From: Candidatus Latescibacterota bacterium
GTDB taxonomy: Bacteria; Latescibacterota; UBA2968; UBA8231
Assembly: GCA_965223905.1 (NCBI GenBank)
Contig: CBDCXV010000009.1
Coordinates: 320,001 to 384,000 of the forward strand
Reading direction: 5' to 3'
Length of the DNA stretch: 64,000 nt
Position numbers and translations under genes: made by a program. The notes beneath the pieces were generated by a model. That model did no database searches. It saw nothing but the letters and a program-made list of their open reading frames with translations, and was not told the DNA's origin. Shown here piece by piece: positions 58,971 to 64,000 of the stretch; the stretch's first letter is position 1, and every line of letters begins with the position of its first letter.

Positions 58971-59217
58971 CCTTCGGATCAAGCCCTCTGCGATCCGAGA
59001 AATTGAGGCGATCCCCCTGAAAAGGGTGCGTCAGCGGATCGTCCGGCGAATCCGCTCACTCGCCGATGACCCGCGCCCTACGGGTTGTGAGAAACTATCT
59101 GGCAAGGAGCGCTATCGGGTCCGGCAGGGTCAGTATCGCATCGTCTACTCGATCGAGGATCGAGAGCTTGTCATCTACGTCGTAAAGGCAGGTCACCGTT
59201 CGAGTGTCTACCGGTAA
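58957..59217 (+). CDS. RelE/ParE-family toxin
   Basis: LADDPRP.GCEKLSG.ERYRVRQG.YRIVY.I...GHR..VYR; overlaps the antitoxin. Confidence 0.92.
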   Translation: MARYNLRIKPSAIREIEAIPLKRVRQRIVRRIRSLADDPRPTGCEKLSGKERYRVRQGQYRIVYSIEDRELVIYVVKAGHRSSVYR

Positions 59218-59238
59218 CCGAAAAGCTCCTTCCCGCCG

Positions 59239-59260
59239 GGTGAGTCACCTCACCTTTTTT
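59239..59260 (+). terminator. Rho-independent terminator
   Basis: GGTGAG-TCAC-CTCACC followed by TTTTTT. Confidence 0.6.
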
Positions 59261-59365
59261 CGGCCGGCGATCGGATCGCCTGCTTCAGCAAACGGTCCTT
59301 GAAGTTCGTGAAGCCAGACAAGCCCACCGGAAACAGGGCCCTCAGCGGGGGCGACTCCGCGGCCG

Positions 59366-60794
59366 ATGACGGACATACTTCATAGTACCGGATTCACTGA
59401 GGCCAGCACCGCCTGGGACCTCTCTCCAGGGGCGAAGCAAGGTGTCGACGTCGGTCCCGATGGCGCGATGCTGTCACCTCCCGAGGGTGAAACCGCCTCG
59501 CTGCGGGGCGGCGGCGTGCACGCCCGCAATGGCGACAGCATCGAGGTGCGTTTCCGCGTGCTGGAGGGAAGCGGCCGGCTGCGTTTCGGGTTCGACGCGG
59601 AGCTGCACGAGCATGCCCGTGTTGAAGTCTGTATGAAGACGGGAACGGTTTCGCTGTTCACGAGCGATTGGCGGCTCGAGCAGCCGGTTGCCGCGGTCCG
59701 AGGCGAGGTGCTAGCGGATCGATCGCACAACCTCCTCATCGAGAAGACGGAGGGCGCGGGCGCACTGATCAAGAACGCCCATGTGACCGTCTATCTGGAC
59801 GGGGCGCGGATCATGCACCTCGAGAACCTGGACCTGCTGCCGGAAATGGGTGTGCTCGTGGAAGTGAGCGGGGCCCGGGTGCTCGTCGAGGAGTTCGTGC
59901 ACCGGGGCCGGCCATCGGAGATACCGGAATACCTGCATCTGGGCGGCTGCCAGGTGCTCAACGTCGACAACATCGAAGAGAACCTCGGGTCTATTTGCCG
60001 CGGGCTGGAAATGGCTGCCGAGGCCGGCGTCGAGCTGCTGGTTACGCCGGAGATGTCCCTTACCGGACTGTATCCCACGAGTCCACGCACGCGGGAACCA
60101 GAGCCGGTAGCCGCGGCCGAAGCGCAGCTGCGGCAGTTCATTCGCGAGCTTCCGGACGCCCCGCACGTCATTGTCGGTCTGCCGGTCTGGGAAGCGGTGA
60201 CAGAGCACGATCTGCCAGAGACGAGGTATATCGCCTCACGCGTGTACGATCCCGACGGCGAGGTTCTGTACACAGCGCGCAAAGTCCATTCAGCGGAACA
60301 GGAGATGTGGCACGGGTACCGGCTCAACGAGTTCGACATCCAGGGCGTCCCCGTTTCGCTCTACATCTGCCACGATCACCGCTATCCGGAGCTTCAGACC
60401 CTGCCGGTGTATGTTCGGGACTCGTCTCCTCCTGCATCCCTCGAACGGCGGTGTCGTCAGTGGCACCATCAGCGCGTTCGAGGCGAGCGCCAGGGCAGCG
60501 AGCAGACAGACACACGCCTTTCACATGCACGTGAACGCCGGCGGTGGCAGCTACATCGTCGGTCCGGAACGGGAGGCGGAGCTGCTGGCTGCGAGTGAGG
60601 AATCACGGAGCGACAACCCCGACAACCCGACAGTTGGAAAGCCGGCAGAGTGCTTCTTCCACGCCAACGTGCGCATCCACGACGCCTTCGGGTACTGGCC
60701 GACCCGCGCTTTCCGCGCCTCCGAGTCCATCGCGCGGGCGTACGCGGACCTGTACCGGGAGATTGGCGGCATGAGGCAGATACCGCCATGCTGA
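59366..60794 (+). CDS. Carbon-nitrogen hydrolase (nitrilase superfamily) with N-terminal beta-rich domain; frameshift near 60410
   Basis: Triad VTPEM (E), ARKVH (K), YICHD (C); the frame continues as MFGTRLLLHPSN...VNAGGGSYIVGP. Confidence 0.75.
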
Positions 60795-60960
60795 CAAACA
60801 GCGACAAGGCGAAACCAATCGGGCGGCAGGAGGAGAGAACGGCACAGCTCGGTGGTTCAGCGATTGAAGGCGACCAACACTCGATGAAGCTCGCTCGTCC
60901 GTATTAACGAGGTGTTTCATTCCTGGAAGGCCACGGATCTCTCCGTTCGGCCTCTACATC

Positions 60961-61941
60961 CTACGCGGTTGGCAGCACCTCCGGGTTGACGCAGTACTCC
61001 GGAGCCTCCCCGTTCAGCACCTTCACCATGCTCGTCGCCATGGAGTGGTAGATCCGCGCCATGGCCACCTCGCTCGTAGCGACCGTGTGGGGCGAGAACA
61101 GACAGCGCTGGTCGCGGAACAGCCGGTGGCTCGTGTCGGGCGGCTCTTCCTCGAACACGTCGAGGCCCACGGCACTCAGCTGCCCGGACTCCAGACCGTC
61201 GGCGAGGACGTCGTAGCTCTCGACGACTCCACCACGTGCGGTGTTGATGAAGACGGCGCCCGGTTTCATGCGGGCCACGGCCGCTGCGTCAATCAGTCCT
61301 CGCGTGTCGTCGTTCAGCGGAACGTGCATCGATATGTAGTCACTGCGCGCCAGCAGCTCGTCGAGCGCCACGACGGTGACGCCGATTTCGCTCACACTTT
61401 CCTGCCCTACGACGGGATCGTACCCGAGTACCTCCATCTCGAAAGGCTGCAGAAGCCGGGCGAGCCGAGCCCCGATGCGGCCGAGACCGATGATGCCGAG
61501 GGTTCGGGTGGTCATATCGCCGGTGAGAAAGTGGAAACGCTCATGCCAGCGACCTTCGCGGACCATCGCGTCTGCCTGCGGCAGGCGCTTGACCAGGGAC
61601 AGCAGGATGGCCAGCGCGCCCTCGGCCACGGCAAACCCGCCTACCGGCGCATACACGAGGGGAATCTCGCGGGCCGTCGCAGCTTCTACGTCGACGGTGT
61701 CGTAGCCGGCGCCGGGCCGCCCGATCACGCGCAGCTCGGGAGCGGCCTGTATGATCTCGGCGGAGATCGGGATCTCCATTCCCCTGCTGACGATGCCGAT
61801 GGCGTCGCCCAGCGAGGAGACCAGGGTCTCCTCGTCGGAAGCGCTTTCTACGGGAGCGACTGTTTGCAAGACATCAATCGCCTCGGGACCGATGGCGCCG
61901 GTGGTCAGGATGCGTTTTCCTGAATAGTCGGTTCTGTTCAT
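60961..61941 (-). CDS. D-2-hydroxyacid dehydrogenase (SerA-like)
   Basis: RPGAGYDTVD, GIIGLGRIG, SMHVPL, NTARG, DVFEEEP, SPH. Confidence 0.92.
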   Translation of the reverse strand: MNRTDYSGKRILTTGAIGPEAIDVLQTVAPVESASDEETLVSSLGDAIGIVSRGMEIPISAEIIQAAPELRVIGRPGAGYDTVDVEAATAREIPLVYAPVGGFAVAEGALAILLSLVKRLPQADAMVREGRWHERFHFLTGDMTTRTLGIIGLGRIGARLARLLQPFEMEVLGYDPVVGQESVSEIGVTVVALDELLARSDYISMHVPLNDDTRGLIDAAAVARMKPGAVFINTARGGVVESYDVLADGLESGQLSAVGLDVFEEEPPDTSHRLFRDQRCLFSPHTVATSEVAMARIYHSMATSMVKVLNGEAPEYCVNPEVLPTA

Positions 61942-61988
61942 GTCAGCGCTGAGCCTCCTTTGTGGGAACTTGACGGGTCGGCTTTGGG

Positions 61989-62115
61989 TTACACATCGCG
62001 AAAGGCCCTTTCCAGGGCAGCGACATCCAGCTTCTTCATCTGCAGAAAGGCCGCGGTGGCGCGCTCGAACGCCGCTGCATCGCTACTGTTCCTCTCACTG
62101 AAGGGACCGAAAGCG
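61989..62115 (-). pseudogene. 3' remnant of a VOC (3-demethylubiquinone-9 3-MTase-like/PhnB) gene
   Basis: DAAAFERATAAFLQMKKLDVAALERAF* resembles that family's C-terminus. Confidence 0.55.
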
Positions 62116-62122
62116 TGCGGGA

Positions 62123-63108
62123 TCAAGGTGCACCGCGCTCTTTCAGGAGCGCTGCCGCCCGGGTCGCGCCGCCGAACTCCGCCCAACCCAGGGGGGTACC
62201 GCCGTGCGTTCCGTCGACGACGGTGGCGTCGGCACCGCGGTCCAGCAGCAGCTTCACGCAGCCCACCGCGTCGTGTTGGGCCGCCAGGTGCATGGCGACC
62301 GCGCGCACGCCGTGTCCCTCGCCGCCCCAGTCGTGGCGCAGATCCGGATCGGCGCCGTGATCGAGAAGCCAGGCCGCGGCTTCCACCTTGTCGCTGTAGC
62401 AGGCCCACAGCAGCGGCGTGCCGCGGAACGGGTTGGCGTTGACCCTGGCGCCACGGGCTACGAGCTCGGCCATCCTGCCGCACTGGTTGTTCCGCGCCGC
62501 CCACGACAGGGCCTCGTCGACGACCTCCTGGCGCTCGAGCGTCCTGTTCCAGTCGGGGAAGAACACCGGGGCGTAGAAGCCCAGGCCTTCCCGCGCGGCA
62601 GGCGTCAGCTCGCTCCCCTTGAAGAACCTGCCGACGCCGGCGCCAAGGGCCGAGGCGGCGCGCAGGTTGTCCGGGTACACCGGCGTCAGCACCTCGCCCA
62701 TGCAGGCCTTGGCATAGAACAAGGCGTACGACAGGGGAGAACCGCCCTCTTTTCCGTAAGCCTCGGCACCGACGGAGGCCCCGGCCCGCACCAGGCGGGC
62801 GCCGAGGTCGGTGTGGCCCGCCATGGCGGCGGTGTGCAGCGGCGTCCAACCGTCGTTGTCGGCCGCGGAAGGGTCGGTGCCTGCGGCCAGGATCATGTCC
62901 ACGGCCGCGTGCTGCTGCCGGGTGCCGGGATCGAGAGGAATGGCGATGTCGCCGGTGGCCGCGCGGCAGGCCAGATCGAGCAGGCTGCGCCCGGCAGCAT
63001 CGGCGGCGGCGGTTGCGGAAGGAGAATCGGCAAGGATGGCCGCGAGGGACTCGAGATCGCCCGCACGGGCGGCCGTTGCCGCCTCTGCGTCAGTGCGTCT
63101 TCAGCCAC
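62123..63108 (-). CDS. Ankyrin-repeat protein; probable frameshift near 63083
   Basis: DNDGWTPLHTAA, GGSPLSYA, GTPLLWAC, AMHLAAQ, GGTPLGWA. The frame extends upstream (AARAGDLESL...GRSLLDLA). Confidence 0.85.
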
Positions 63109-63232
63109 GCCGGTCTCCCCTGGTCGGGGGGCTTCCGCATCACCTCGGGAACTCCTTGCCAAAAAGGGGATGAAGCGCCGGGCACGAGCTCGAATGCTTC
63201 GAGTTCCACGTCCGGCAAAAGCGGAGCCGCGT

Positions 63233-63529
63233 TTAGTTCCGCCCTTGCCGAACTTCCCGCCAAAGCCTCACGGCCAGCGGGAAGTCGCCGTCCCTGAGAG
63301 CGACCAGAGCCAGCACCTTGAGGGAATCGCGGGATCGGTGGAGGGCGCAGGCGCGCTGAGCGCAGGCGCGGGCTCGCGTGCTGCAACCGCGTTCAAGCGC
63401 CGCACGTGCGGATCGCCGTTGGCGGTCTGCGGCCTGTTCGACCGCCAGCACCTGGCGCAAATCGGTCTGGCAGCGATGGCAGCAAAGGCCCCCCTGGTAC
63501 CGGGCCCTGCAGGTCGGACAGCGTTCCAC
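63233..63529 (-). CDS. Small double zinc-ribbon plus TPR-like helical protein
   Basis: CPTC...CHRCQTDL followed by Ala-rich helices; directly after the Hsp70-like gene. Confidence 0.65.
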   Translation of the reverse strand: MERCPTCRARYQGGLCCHRCQTDLRQVLAVEQAADRQRRSARAALERGCSTRARACAQRACALHRSRDSLKVLALVALRDGDFPLAVRLWREVRQGRN

Positions 63530-63534
63530 GCAGG

Positions 63535-64000
63535 CTATTCCAGATAGAAGAGAATCTCGTCGAGTTCCTGCCTGCAGGCAGCGACCTTTTCCGCCTGCCC
63601 TTCCCTCAGGGCATCGCGCAGATCCTCCATGAGATTGACGATCTCTTCGCGATCCTGGGCCGGGGCGGTATCGAGAGCTTTTTCAGCTCGTTCCAGGGTG
63701 TCCTTGACCTCATCGGGCGCCTCGACGCGGCCGACCTCCTCCACTGGTGTGGCTTCCTCTACCCCCCAGAGTGCCTCGACCCGCTTCCTGGATGCGCTGA
63801 GTTCTTCTTCAGTGGAACGCCCCATGGCGTCTTCCACTACACCGTGGATTTCCCGGCCGGTCGCCCGTTCGACTGCGTGAATTTCCAGGAGGCCGTCGAG
63901 ATCCAGACTGTAGGTAAAGAGAATCCCCTGCTCCTGGGCGCCTTTCTGCTGGTTCAAGTCGCCAAAGTGGAAGGTGCCGATCTCCACGTTCTTCAAGGCG
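63535..64000 (-). CDS. Hsp70/DnaK-family protein, C-terminal part (5' end outside window)
   Basis: NVEIGTF...ILFTYSLDLDGLLEIHAVERATG (substrate-binding domain), helical lid, ends LDEILFYLE. Confidence 0.8.
   Translation of the reverse strand, partial: ALKNVEIGTFHFGDLNQQKGAQEQGILFTYSLDLDGLLEIHAVERATGREIHGVVEDAMGRSTEEELSASRKRVEALWGVEEATPVEEVGRVEAPDEVKDTLERAEKALDTAPAQDREEIVNLMEDLRDALREGQAEKVAACRQELDEILFYLE

Noticed and set aside
1-64000. CRISPR array, tRNA, rRNA, integron attC sites
   Set aside because: No regularly spaced repeats, cloverleaf or rRNA-like sequence seen by eye; a covariance-model scan could still find small RNAs.

Overview
High-GC bacterial chromosomal window. Its content (two sulfatases, three PhyH dioxygenases, TauD, sterol desaturase, SDRs, TPR and ankyrin proteins, TA modules) resembles uncultured, possibly sponge-associated lineages such as Latescibacterota; this is inference only. 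1-8.4 kb is a mosaic defence island: DNA methyltransferase, receiver-domain gene split by a single-ORF IS66 element, DUF6932-like nucleotidyltransferase plus partner, and type I HsdR. 8.6-48.7 kb is mostly core/metabolic: msrA, hemL, two DEAD-box helicases, sulfatases, hyi-like, Lhr, E1a/E1b/E2-like cluster, rpsR, arfB, a sigma-70 paralogue, pepF, parC/parE. 48.7-64 kb is accessory, with small genes, gene remnants, RelBE and the end of an Hsp70-like gene. Main signals missed by the ORF track: (i) an AhpD/CMD-like selenoprotein (CxxU, in-frame UGA plus SECIS-like hairpin); (ii) an orphan, Cys-free ribosomal S18 gene apparently starting at AUC; (iii) a TPR-fused HicB-like antitoxin next to a HicA-like toxin; (iv) a diverged 30-codon copy of the HemL N-terminus coupled to hemL; (v) an E2 lacking its catalytic His. 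Several single-base frameshifts look like long-read indel errors. No rRNA, tRNA or CRISPR array was seen. All family calls come from motif recognition by eye, not database searches.
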